Below, piece by piece: positions 38,867 through 47,836 of a stretch of DNA of 64,000 nucleotides. Source of the DNA: Patescibacteria group bacterium (GTDB lineage Bacteria > Patescibacteriota > Patescibacteriia > JAHIZJ01); assembly GCA_028714495.1 (NCBI GenBank), contig JAQTMH010000003.1, positions 72,496 through 136,495 of the forward strand. The letters run 5' to 3'. Within the stretch, counting starts at the first letter, position 1. Each line of letters begins with the position of its first letter. The position numbers and the translations under genes are program-made. The notes beneath the pieces are model-generated. The model ran no database searches. It saw only the letters and a program-made list of their open reading frames with translations, and was not told where the DNA came from.

Positions 38867-39265
38867 CTAGAGATATCCCTGAATCTTTTGAACGAGCGCC
38901 GCGGGTGAAAATTCAGCCTTGAGTAGATAATCCGTCACTCCCAATTCTTCAGAAGTAGTTCGATCCTCATGAGTGTCAATATTGCTGAAAACGACTACCG
39001 GCAATTCCCTAGTTTCAGGCAAATGCCTAAGTTCGCGCAACAAGTCAAAACCGACCCGACGATCATAAGCTACCATTTCGCCCTCTCGTTCAGGGATTAT
39101 CAAATCCAGAAGAATTATTTGAGGACGCTTCTCCATGGCTAATCGCCAGCCCTCTTCCTTGGTCCGAGCGGTTAAGAGATTAAAGGGCGAGTGGCGCTGA
39201 AAGGCTTTCCGATAGATCTCAACTATCTGCGGCTCGTCTTCAATGAGAAGAATTGTTTGAGTCAT
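38867..39265 (-). CDS. Single-domain response regulator (receiver)
   Basis: LLIEDE, ILLDLIIP, DYLLK. Confidence 0.88.
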   Translation of the reverse strand: MTQTILLIEDEPQIVEIYRKAFQRHSPFNLLTARTKEEGWRLAMEKRPQIILLDLIIPEREGEMVAYDRRVGFDLLRELRHLPETRELPVVVFSNIDTHEDRTTSEELGVTDYLLKAEFSPAALVQKIQGYL

Positions 39266-40040
39266 GGCTCTTGGTTAGAATAAAGGTTAAGATCTTTTTA
39301 AAAATCATTTCCTTGTCAAGGCCCTGGTCGTAACTGTGTCTCGAATTATCAGCCCAAACAAGTTCCTTTTCACCCGAGCCGATTGTCTGGTGAATAAACC
39401 GCGCGCTCGTCGGCTTAACGACTGCATCGAGACGTGATTGAATAATCATGATCGGCTGTCGGACCAGCTTGATGCTCTGGCGGGTTTTCACGACTAAGCG
39501 GTACATCCGTTGAAGCGCCCGCAGAGGTATTACGGTATATTTGCCGCGTCTCTCGTAATCAGCGCGCTTCTCTGGCTTGACCCAAGGCTTCTTGATACTT
39601 TTAAACATTAGGCTGGCCATCGGATTGATGAAACGATGGAAATATTCCTGAGGAAAAAACATCGGGGTGTTGACGGTGACTATTCCTTGCGGCTTGACTA
39701 GGTTTAAACTTGAGGCTTCAAGAGCTAAATTTCCTCCGAATGAAAATCCGACAATGAAATTTGATTGACACCATTTTTCCAAGTGATTCATGCCCTGAAC
39801 GACGCTGTTCAGCCAGTCTTCCGCTGTCATCCGATTCAGATCATCCGGGCTGGTAACGTGCCCGGGCAGCCGCCAGCCGGCCACGGTAAAGCCATGCCCA
39901 GCCAAATATTCACCCAATTCTCTCATATCGGCTGGACTTCCGCTGAAACCATGGAGCAAAAGCACGCCGACTTCTGACTTCTGACCTTGAAAAAAGAATG
40001 CCCGAGATAAATTTTTATCGGTCATCTGGCTTTTTTCCAT
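39240..40040 (-). CDS. Alpha/beta hydrolase (carboxylesterase-like)
   Basis: LLHGFSGSP, GFSFGG nucleophile elbow, D and H catalytic positions; start uncertain. Confidence 0.88.
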   Translation of the reverse strand: MEKSQMTDKNLSRAFFFQGQKSEVGVLLLHGFSGSPADMRELGEYLAGHGFTVAGWRLPGHVTSPDDLNRMTAEDWLNSVVQGMNHLEKWCQSNFIVGFSFGGNLALEASSLNLVKPQGIVTVNTPMFFPQEYFHRFINPMASLMFKSIKKPWVKPEKRADYERRGKYTVIPLRALQRMYRLVVKTRQSIKLVRQPIMIIQSRLDAVVKPTSARFIHQTIGSGEKELVWADNSRHSYDQGLDKEMIFKKILTFILTKSHDSNNSSH

Positions 40041-40084
40041 CTTCTCCAAACAGTAAAATCATCCAATCTGGCCATTTTTTGCCG

Positions 40085-40160
40085 GCCGACCTAGCTCAAT
40101 TGGTAGAGCAACGGTATCGTAAACCGTAGGTTGTGGGTTCGATTCCCACGGTCGGCTCCA
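40085..40160 (+). tRNA. tRNA-Thr(CGT)
   Basis: GCCGACC...ACGGT-ATCGTAA-ACCGT...GGTCGGC-TCCA. Confidence 0.95.
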
Positions 40161-40190
40161 AAAGACAACCAGATATAAACTTCGTCCGCT

Positions 40191-40223
40191 AAAAACACCC
40201 CAGCGTACTACCGGGGTGTTTTT
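40191..40223. terminator. Bidirectional terminator
   Basis: AAAAACACCCC...GGGGTGTTTTT. Confidence 0.75.
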
Positions 40224-40228
40224 ATTAT

Positions 40229-41437
40229 CTAGATGATGAAATTAAATACTCTGACTATATCCAATTTATTATCCAACCAAGAATCGAGATCTACCCGGAC
40301 TAAGATGTGTCGAACGTGAATAACTTCTTCTCCATTGCTGCTGGTGTCCTCTGAATCAACACCCTTAATTTTTTCATCAACCTTAATGATATGATAACCG
40401 TAACGGGTATGGACAATCTCGCTGACTTTCCCTTCCTCCAGACTAAAGGCGGCGTCAGCGAACACCTGATCCAGGTCAGTCCGGCTGACAAAGCCGAGGT
40501 CTCCGCCTTCGCCCGTTGCTTGATCTTCATTGTATTGGTCAGCTACCTCTTCAAAAGTCTTATTCTCTTTGGTTATCTTAGCATAGGCTTCTTCGATTTT
40601 CTGTTTGGCCGCTTGATTGTAGTTTAGGCTATCGTCGAACGACAGTTTTTCCTGCATCTTCTCACGAAATATGTAGGTTTTCAAAATACTGCTAGTGAAA
40701 TCACTGATTGTCCAGTTATACAATTCTTGCAACGACTGCTCCAATAATTCGCGGCTGCCCGTACTGACGATAACCTTGTCCAGCTCTTGCTGAAGTTCTT
40801 CGTCCGTCACGGATATTTTCATCGCCTTGGCTTGCTGTTTCAAGACTGATTCTTTAATCAGCTTGTTTATTATCATCGATCTCAGATCATCTTCTCCTGG
40901 AATATCGACAACTTCCGGATTCATCTCATTTTGTTTTTGATAATAATTTTTCAGGGCGGCCAGATCTTTGTTGAAACTTTCATAAGAAACCGCTTGATAA
41001 TTGACAATCGCCGCCGGAAACGGCAAGGCTTTGACTATCTTTTGGGTAATCTTGTCGTGCCATTTCAATTGGTACAGACCGAAGCTGAACACGCCTACGG
41101 CCAAGATAAAAATAATGATCACCGCCAATACGACCAGCCCGATTTTTTGGCCCACCTTGGTTCCGCCGGTTGATTTAGCCTTAGTTTTCGACTTGGGTTT
41201 GGGTTTATCAGAGACAGACGAGACTGGTTTGCCCTGCTCGCTGTCTTCTTTAATAATATTAAGGATTTCCCGACGCGCCTCGGCCGTTTCCTTTTCTTCC
41301 GAGGGTTGGTCTTGGGCCAGGGCTGGCTTTGGAACGATTTTCGACTCGTCTTTAGCCTCTGTTTTTATCTCGCCTTTTTTAACTGTTTTCTGACCATTCG
41401 TCTTTTTCGGAATGGACTTAGAACTTGCTTTGGGCAT
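40229..41437 (-). CDS. SurA/PrsA-like peptidyl-prolyl isomerase
   Basis: TM anchor, SurA-N-like region, parvulin motifs GGDLG and YGYHII. Confidence 0.9.
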   Translation of the reverse strand: MPKASSKSIPKKTNGQKTVKKGEIKTEAKDESKIVPKPALAQDQPSEEKETAEARREILNIIKEDSEQGKPVSSVSDKPKPKSKTKAKSTGGTKVGQKIGLVVLAVIIIFILAVGVFSFGLYQLKWHDKITQKIVKALPFPAAIVNYQAVSYESFNKDLAALKNYYQKQNEMNPEVVDIPGEDDLRSMIINKLIKESVLKQQAKAMKISVTDEELQQELDKVIVSTGSRELLEQSLQELYNWTISDFTSSILKTYIFREKMQEKLSFDDSLNYNQAAKQKIEEAYAKITKENKTFEEVADQYNEDQATGEGGDLGFVSRTDLDQVFADAAFSLEEGKVSEIVHTRYGYHIIKVDEKIKGVDSEDTSSNGEEVIHVRHILVRVDLDSWLDNKLDIVRVFNFII

Positions 41438-41453
41438 AATTTATCTATTTAAT

Positions 41454-41861
41454 TTATCGTTTTGCGAAAAAATATTTCCACCATTTGGAGGGCAACCGGG
41501 TATCTTGAGCTGAAGCATCGTCAGCATCATCAGTCCCGGTCTCATTTTGATTGGTCTGGACCTGTGGAATGTTAAGCGCCGACTCCCCCTCCCTTTGAAG
41601 CCCCAGCTTCAACCGAGCCTCTCGTTCTTTGAAGTAATCCGACTGAAAGTAGGCGATCAAACCGGACAATTCGGCCTTGCGCGCTTTTAGCGTTTCAACC
41701 TCGGATCCCAGTTTATCAATTTCCCGCTTGACTTCCCAGCGCCGGATAATTTCTTTCGTCAGGGCCACGGAAAATAAGACAATCACCGCCACTTCAAACA
41801 AAAGCAGCCAGCGGGAGGAAAATATTCTTCTCCAAATACCTGTTTGTTTCTTCACACTCAT
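41454..41861 (-). CDS. Septum formation initiator (FtsB/DivIC family)
   Basis: TM plus coiled coil plus EREARLKLGLQREGE. Confidence 0.82.
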   Translation of the reverse strand: MSVKKQTGIWRRIFSSRWLLLFEVAVIVLFSVALTKEIIRRWEVKREIDKLGSEVETLKARKAELSGLIAYFQSDYFKEREARLKLGLQREGESALNIPQVQTNQNETGTDDADDASAQDTRLPSKWWKYFFAKR

Positions 41862-41906
41862 GGGAGAATTATAACAAAGAAGGAAATACTTGACAAGCCG
41901 CGGCCA

Positions 41907-42530
41907 CTATTTTGATTTCTTTCTTGTTTGGCCAGATGACCGCTCCATCAGCTCTTTAAATTTTTCTTCTCCCAGACCTTCTTTTATTCTAGTCACTAAA
42001 TCGACTAAATCTTTGGCGGTCAGGTCTTGAGGCTGTTTAACTATTTCTGTCTGCAGGCGGATAATCACGTCCTGAATCTTTTTTGGATTAGCGATGCTTT
42101 TAATCTCGAGATTGGCTTGCGTCCCGGCTGTTTGAATCTCGAGATCGCCATAATTAAACAAGGTCGGCATAAAACCATTAATCTTGAAACTGACGTCCTG
42201 TATCTTATCGTAAGTCGTTTCAGAAACAACGCGGTTAAAAAGGCCCTTTTGGTCGAAATCGATGAGTCTTTGTTTGGTAATGACCAGGGCGTTCAAAAAA
42301 TAAATCACTGACTGCCTAAAGAAATAAAGCAGTCCGAAAAAGATTAGCATGATGAAAATAAATACCCCCCACCGGCCCAGGCGAAATAGCGGATAGAGAA
42401 AAAAGAACGCGCTGAATACTATCACCAGAGATAAAATCAGATGGGGCGCGAAAGTCAGATTATAGCGTCGGACGATCAAGATCGCCTCTTCCCCTTCTTT
42501 CAAATGTTTGCTAAAATAATTCTCGAACAT
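41907..42530 (-). CDS. Bacterial PH-domain membrane protein
   Basis: ITKQRLID, KIQDVS, YGDLEIQTAG. Confidence 0.82.
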   Translation of the reverse strand: MFENYFSKHLKEGEEAILIVRRYNLTFAPHLILSLVIVFSAFFFLYPLFRLGRWGVFIFIMLIFFGLLYFFRQSVIYFLNALVITKQRLIDFDQKGLFNRVVSETTYDKIQDVSFKINGFMPTLFNYGDLEIQTAGTQANLEIKSIANPKKIQDVIIRLQTEIVKQPQDLTAKDLVDLVTRIKEGLGEEKFKELMERSSGQTRKKSK

Positions 42531-42542
42531 AACTTAATCTAT

Positions 42543-42650
42543 ATGTTGGTCAAAAAACATCGTCGTAACATCAGAATTATCTGGTTGGTGATAACGATCC
42601 TTGGCGTATTTGCCATGGTGTTTTTCACGATAATGCCCGCGTTTCGCTAG
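42543..42650 (+). CDS. Small membrane peptide (35 aa)
   Basis: MLVKKHRRNIRIIWLVITILGVFAMVFFTIMPAFR: basic N-terminus plus TM; fills the gap between genes. Confidence 0.55.
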   Translation: MLVKKHRRNIRIIWLVITILGVFAMVFFTIMPAFR

Positions 42651-42661
42651 CCTGATTAGAA

Positions 42662-44467
42662 CTATTTTCGCCTCAAAAGGGACAGAAAGGCGCCTGGTGG
42701 AATATCGACTCGGCCCGTTTCTTTCATGCGTTTCTTGCCCTTTTTTTGTTTATCCAGAAGCTTTCTTTTTCGCGTTACGTCCCCGCCATAGAGCTTGGCT
42801 GTGACATCCTTGCGCAACGGAGCCAGGCGGCTCGCGGCGATTATCTTGCCGGATATCGCTGCCTGGATCTTCACTTCAAAGAGTTGTTTGGGTAAAACCT
42901 TCTTTAGATTTTCGACTGCCAAACGGCCCTGGGCGTAGGCTTCAGACTCGCGTACAATCGTAGTCAGCGGTTCGACAACCTCGCCAGCCACTAGAATGTC
43001 CAGTTTTATCAGATCAGCCGGCCGGTAGTCGAAAAATTCGTAGTTCATTGAGGCATAGCCCCGCGTGGCACTTTTCAGTCTATCATAAAAATCCAATATA
43101 ACGCTAGCCAACGGCACTTGGCTGTGAACTACCACCCGCTCTGGATCAAGGTATTCCATCACCTTGTATTCACCGTGGCTTGATTGTATCAGCTTCAATA
43201 TCGGACCAATATAAGCTGACGGGCTGACAATGTCCAGCTTAAGCCAAGGCTCCTCGATCGACTCGATTTCCGCCGGCTCAGGCAATTCCTGCGGGCTGCG
43301 GACCGAAATCATCTCAGCCAGATATCTCTTTTTCACCCGATAGGCAACGGTCGGGGCCATGACCACCAAATCAATCCCGTATTCCCGCTGAAGCCGTTCC
43401 TGGACAATTTCCAAATGCAACAAACCCAAGAAGCCTGCCCGGAAACCAAAACCCAGGGCTGGAAAATTTTCCGGTTCAAAAACAAAAGCGGCGTCATTCA
43501 GCTTTAGCTTTTCAACTGCCTCGCGCAGCTTGGAGTATTCAGCTCCGTCCTTTGAATACAAACCGGCGAACACCATCGGCTTAACCTTTTTATATCCAGG
43601 CAAGGGCTCTGGGTACGGCAGGGCCGCTCGTACAATGGTGTCGCCCACGTGGCACTGAGACACTTCTTTTAAGCTGGTTACGATATAGCCGATCTGACCA
43701 GCGTTTAAAAAGTCCCGTTTCTCAAGCGTAGGTTTAAATATACCCACCTCAAGCACTTCAGCTTCTCGGCCAGTCTGGAGAAATCTGATTTTATCGCCAG
43801 CTTTTATTTCTCCCGCGAACAATCGGATGTAGGCCACCACCCCGCGATACTCGTCATAGATTGAATCAAAGATGAGGGAGCAAGGGCTGTCACTCTTGGC
43901 TTGACGCGGCGCTGGAATAGTTTTTATCACCCGTTCAAGAATTAGATCGACGTTTTTGCCTGTCTTGGCTGAAACCGGAATTATATCATTTGGTTCAACT
44001 CCCAAAAGCTTTACCAAATCAGCTGACACCTTGGCCACGTCAGCATTGGGCAAATCTATTTTATTGATGACTGGAATAATCTCCAAATCCTGCTCTAGCG
44101 CCAAATACAGATGCGAAAGGGTTTGGGCCTCAATACCCTGGCTGGCGTCCACCAGGAGAATCGCGCCCTCGACCGCGGCGAGAGTGCGGGATACCTCATA
44201 GGAAAAATCTACGTGGCCCGGCGTATCAATCAAATTCAAAAAATATTCACGGGAATCCTTGGCCCGGTAGCGCATATGCACGGGCTGTAGTTTAATCGTT
44301 ATGCCACGCTCCCGCTCGAGATCCATCTGGTCCAGGAGCTGGTTTTTCATCTCTCGTTTCGATACCGTACCCGTCAGTTCAAGAAAACGATCGGCCAGGG
44401 TTGATTTCCCGTGGTCAATATGAGCAATGACGCAAAAATTTCTTATCGCCTCAAGAGGAATTTTCAT
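42662..44467 (-). CDS. lepA: Elongation factor 4
   Basis: IAHIDHGKSTLADR, DTPGHVDF, GFLGLLH, RKDVTAKLYGGD. Confidence 0.98.
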   Translation of the reverse strand: MKIPLEAIRNFCVIAHIDHGKSTLADRFLELTGTVSKREMKNQLLDQMDLERERGITIKLQPVHMRYRAKDSREYFLNLIDTPGHVDFSYEVSRTLAAVEGAILLVDASQGIEAQTLSHLYLALEQDLEIIPVINKIDLPNADVAKVSADLVKLLGVEPNDIIPVSAKTGKNVDLILERVIKTIPAPRQAKSDSPCSLIFDSIYDEYRGVVAYIRLFAGEIKAGDKIRFLQTGREAEVLEVGIFKPTLEKRDFLNAGQIGYIVTSLKEVSQCHVGDTIVRAALPYPEPLPGYKKVKPMVFAGLYSKDGAEYSKLREAVEKLKLNDAAFVFEPENFPALGFGFRAGFLGLLHLEIVQERLQREYGIDLVVMAPTVAYRVKKRYLAEMISVRSPQELPEPAEIESIEEPWLKLDIVSPSAYIGPILKLIQSSHGEYKVMEYLDPERVVVHSQVPLASVILDFYDRLKSATRGYASMNYEFFDYRPADLIKLDILVAGEVVEPLTTIVRESEAYAQGRLAVENLKKVLPKQLFEVKIQAAISGKIIAASRLAPLRKDVTAKLYGGDVTRKRKLLDKQKKGKKRMKETGRVDIPPGAFLSLLRRK

Positions 44468-46082
44468 TTTTCTTTTGACCTAAGCTGCCAAATAGCTGGA
44501 TCCTGGCCTTGATTAACCAATGCCTGATAATTTCGATTTCCTCGCACTGTAAAATAATGGCGACCACTAAATATACAAAAGCGCCGATTCCGACGGCCGC
44601 GAGTGTCTGCGTCAAAACGCCATAGAAAGTCTGCATATCCACTAATGGGGCGATAAAATATTTCATCCGCTGGATGACAAAGCCCATCGCCGTTGAACAA
44701 ACCAATATCTTGAAAGTCGAGCGAATTATCAGGCTGTCGTCCAGATCGCCGACCGCCACCCGGAGCGTGACCAGCAGCAAGAGCATATTGACGATACTGC
44801 TGATCGAAAAGGCGAAGGCGAGACCGGAAATCCCCCAGGAGCGGCTCAATAAAATCCCCAGGACAATATTGAGGACCATGGCGATCATACTGATGATTAC
44901 CGGGGTTTTGGTATTCTGAAAAGCGTAAAAAGACCGGGCCAGCACCGGAATCAAGCTTTGGGCGAATAGCGACAAGGAAAAAATTCCCAGGGTCTGAGCC
45001 GTGAAAATCGTATCCGTCCAGTTAAATTCACCCGCCCCTAAAATTAAACGGACGATCTGAGCTCGCAGGATTAATATCACCACTGAAACTGGAATTATCA
45101 AAAACAGGACGCGGCGAAAAGTCTGGGAAAAATGATAGACAAATCCTGGCCGGTCCTGCTCGGCAAAAGCTTTGCTAAAAACCGGAAAAGACGAAATCGC
45201 CAAAGACACCCCGAAAACGCTGATCGGAAAGCTCTGCAGATTATTGGCAAGATTGAAAATGGCCACGCTCCCCGATCTCAGGGTTGAAGCAATCACATTA
45301 ATCACCACCTGGTTCAATTGGACCACGCCCAAGCCCAAAGCCCGCGGCACCATCAGTTTGCCGATTTTTCTCACGCCGGCATGAGCTGTATCGAAAATCC
45401 ACTGATAGCGATAACCAGTGCGCCTAACCGCCGGCAGCTGGACAAGCAGATGAAGCAATGACCCAAAAACCACGCCCAGCGCCAAACCCCGTACTCCCCA
45501 GGCTGGGACAAGAACGTAAATACCAAAAATAATTCCCAGGTTGTACATAATCGGGGCCAGCGAATAGGCAAAAAACCTGCGGAAGGAATTCAAAACTCCG
45601 CTCATTACATTGCTGATACCGAAAAACACTATGCTGATCAGCATCAGCCGGGTCAGGTTAACGGTATCAGCCTGCTTAGCCGCCGAAAAACCCGGAGCGA
45701 TTATTCTCATTAAAAACGGCGCCAAGATAAACATTATCGCCCCTAATATAACTAAACCTACCACGATCAGGTTCAGGACCGAGTTGGTAATCCTCCAGGC
45801 CACGCATTCAGCTTCTGGTTTTTCCTTCTCCCGGTACCAATATTCCAAAAAAATCGGGATGAACGAGGAGGAAAGGGCGCCTAAAACCAGGATATTAAAA
45901 ATAAAATCAGGCAGGCGAAATGCCGCGTAATAAACATCCAGGGTGTCGCCGGCTCCGAAGCTCGACGCCAAAAGCCGATCCCGCAATAAGCCTACGAGCC
46001 GGCTTAAAACCGAGGCCGCGCCTACGACAATCGCGCCGCCGACAATGGTTGTTTCAAGCTTCTGGAATAACTTTTTTAGCAT
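44451..46082 (-). CDS. murJ: Lipid II flippase MurJ
   Basis: SRLVGLLRD, AFRLPD, GALSSSFIP, RSFYAFQNTKTP. Confidence 0.95.
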   Translation of the reverse strand: MLKKLFQKLETTIVGGAIVVGAASVLSRLVGLLRDRLLASSFGAGDTLDVYYAAFRLPDFIFNILVLGALSSSFIPIFLEYWYREKEKPEAECVAWRITNSVLNLIVVGLVILGAIMFILAPFLMRIIAPGFSAAKQADTVNLTRLMLISIVFFGISNVMSGVLNSFRRFFAYSLAPIMYNLGIIFGIYVLVPAWGVRGLALGVVFGSLLHLLVQLPAVRRTGYRYQWIFDTAHAGVRKIGKLMVPRALGLGVVQLNQVVINVIASTLRSGSVAIFNLANNLQSFPISVFGVSLAISSFPVFSKAFAEQDRPGFVYHFSQTFRRVLFLIIPVSVVILILRAQIVRLILGAGEFNWTDTIFTAQTLGIFSLSLFAQSLIPVLARSFYAFQNTKTPVIISMIAMVLNIVLGILLSRSWGISGLAFAFSISSIVNMLLLLVTLRVAVGDLDDSLIIRSTFKILVCSTAMGFVIQRMKYFIAPLVDMQTFYGVLTQTLAAVGIGAFVYLVVAIILQCEEIEIIRHWLIKARIQLFGSLGQKKNENSS

Positions 46083-46381
46083 ATAATCAGTCCAATTCTA
46101 CCACCTTTTACCCTATCTATCAATAAAAACACTAGTCCCGTTGAAATTAGGTGACTAGCTTATTTCTGCCGAATTGAGAGGAGAATGTTTTTTACAAACT
46201 GCCAATCTTGAAATCCTGAGAAGAGAGTTTGTGCCGCCAAAAATGGAGGCAAGGATTCCACAATAACAATTTGTGACAATGCTTCCCTCGGATTCGGCAG
46301 GAATTAACCAATCACGGATGTGTATAACTTTCGGGTTTCAATTATGTATTATACTCCTCGTTAAATATTTGTGAAGAACAA

Positions 46382-46415
46382 AACGTAGGTGAACAAGCGC
46401 TTGTTCACCTACGTT
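46382..46415. repeat. Perfect 34-bp palindrome
   Basis: AACGTAGGTGAACAAGC|GCTTGTTCACCTACGTT. Confidence 0.85.
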
Positions 46416-46474
46416 GGGAAACAAAAAAGGGGGCGAATCCGCAAGATACGCAGACACGCCCCTTGAACCATTCC

Positions 46475-46588
46475 CTACCACTGCCCGAGGAAATAGGCTA
46501 AGTCCTCTGGCTTGAAGATAAGGACGTACAGCACGAACGCCGCTGCAGCGATCAGCAGACCGAGGCCGATCTTATCACTCCGTGACAT
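46475..46588 (-). CDS. Small TM peptide (37 aa)
   Basis: MSRSDKIGLGLLIAAAAFVLYVLIFKPEDLAYFLGQW; purine-rich SD; terminator-like hairpin at 46424-46464. Confidence 0.55.
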   Translation of the reverse strand: MSRSDKIGLGLLIAAAAFVLYVLIFKPEDLAYFLGQW

Positions 46589-46869
46589 CTGAACCACCCC
46601 CTTCCGTGGGTAGTGAAGACCTATCTATTTCCAAAGACCAATCTGAAGACTTGAGCTCGTTGTAAAGAACAATTTGTTACCCAAGTCTTCAGATTGATCC
46701 TCTTACTTTCTAACCGACTTCAGTCGGGTTTTTGGACCTTACGCCACTAAAGTGGCTTTGAAGAGAAAAGTCCCACCTGAGCATTTTATCACACAAAGGC
46801 GATAAAAAGCTCGGGTAGGAGGAGCAGCTTATTCCAAGGGCGAATAAGCTGCTCCGAGTAGGTCATCGA

Positions 46870-47298
46870 TCAGCCACGATTGGCAGGGCCCGCCATGACC
46901 AGAACCATGTTCCTAAGGTAGCGAACCCTATTGGCCGCCAAAGCGATCCTGGCCGCGTTCCGCCGAGCATCCTCGTCCTGACCATCGAGGCGCGGAAGAA
47001 CTTCCCTCCTCAGGACATCCCCCAGCACATCGAGTGTCCTGGCACCGGTCAGCTTGTGCAGGGCGGTCTTGCAGGAGTTGCAGAGGACGAGGATCACCCC
47101 ATCCTCGCGATAGGCGACGTGCATGACCCCTGGATCACCTTCGGTGCCGCATTCTTCGCCGCAGCAGCCCCACTTGGTCATGGCGCGGATCTCGTCAGCG
47201 GTGAGCGACACCGTACGCATGCCCGCGATGAGAAACCTCTGCGTCGCACGCTCGAAAGTGACCTCAGCCGGATTCACACTGACACTCGGACTTGACAT
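46870..47298 (-). CDS. Hypothetical Cys-rich protein (CCxxxC...CxxC)
   Basis: 142-aa ORF with a GGAGGTG SD. Confidence 0.6.
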   Translation of the reverse strand: MSSPSVSVNPAEVTFERATQRFLIAGMRTVSLTADEIRAMTKWGCCGEECGTEGDPGVMHVAYREDGVILVLCNSCKTALHKLTGARTLDVLGDVLRREVLPRLDGQDEDARRNAARIALAANRVRYLRNMVLVMAGPANRG

Positions 47299-47751
47299 GA
47301 TTCACCTCCATGCTTCAAACGACCAGACGACCAAACATCAAGTTGGGCATTTCTGCTCAACCTCAATGCCTTTTCAAGGAACGCATTTGGAGGCGGTAGC
47401 TTTGCTTATCCCAGACTAGCTGGGAACAAAGCTGGATAAGCTGACAGGACAGTTCCAGTTTTTCAACCGGAACAAGGATTGTCCAATCAAGCCTCACCCT
47501 CCCCTCCAAATGTCTTTTGAGAAATATTTAAATTTTCAATTCTGTAGCCGATGCTTCAGCTTCGGCTTTAGCCGCCAAAAAATGGGTGCGAGAATAGCTT
47601 CTTTTTCTCGTCTTCTGTGGTCTTATTGAAGAGAGAACTCTATTAAGAAGCCTAAAGCACCCATTTTTTGACAGCCAAGAGAATACAAAATTTACGCTCT
47701 TCTCTCTTCTCAGTTTGATTTTGAAAAAACCTGGCCACTAATTAACGTGTC

Positions 47752-47780
47752 ACTATATACCCATATTTCATTTTTGTCAA
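47752..47780 (-). promoter_or_regulatory. Near-consensus sigma70 promoter
   Basis: TTGACA-17 nt-TATAGT. Confidence 0.65.
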
Positions 47781-47836
47781 GAGTAGAGCAAACAAAAAAG
47801 GCTTAGATTAGCCTAAAAATATGGTTTATGGAAAAT

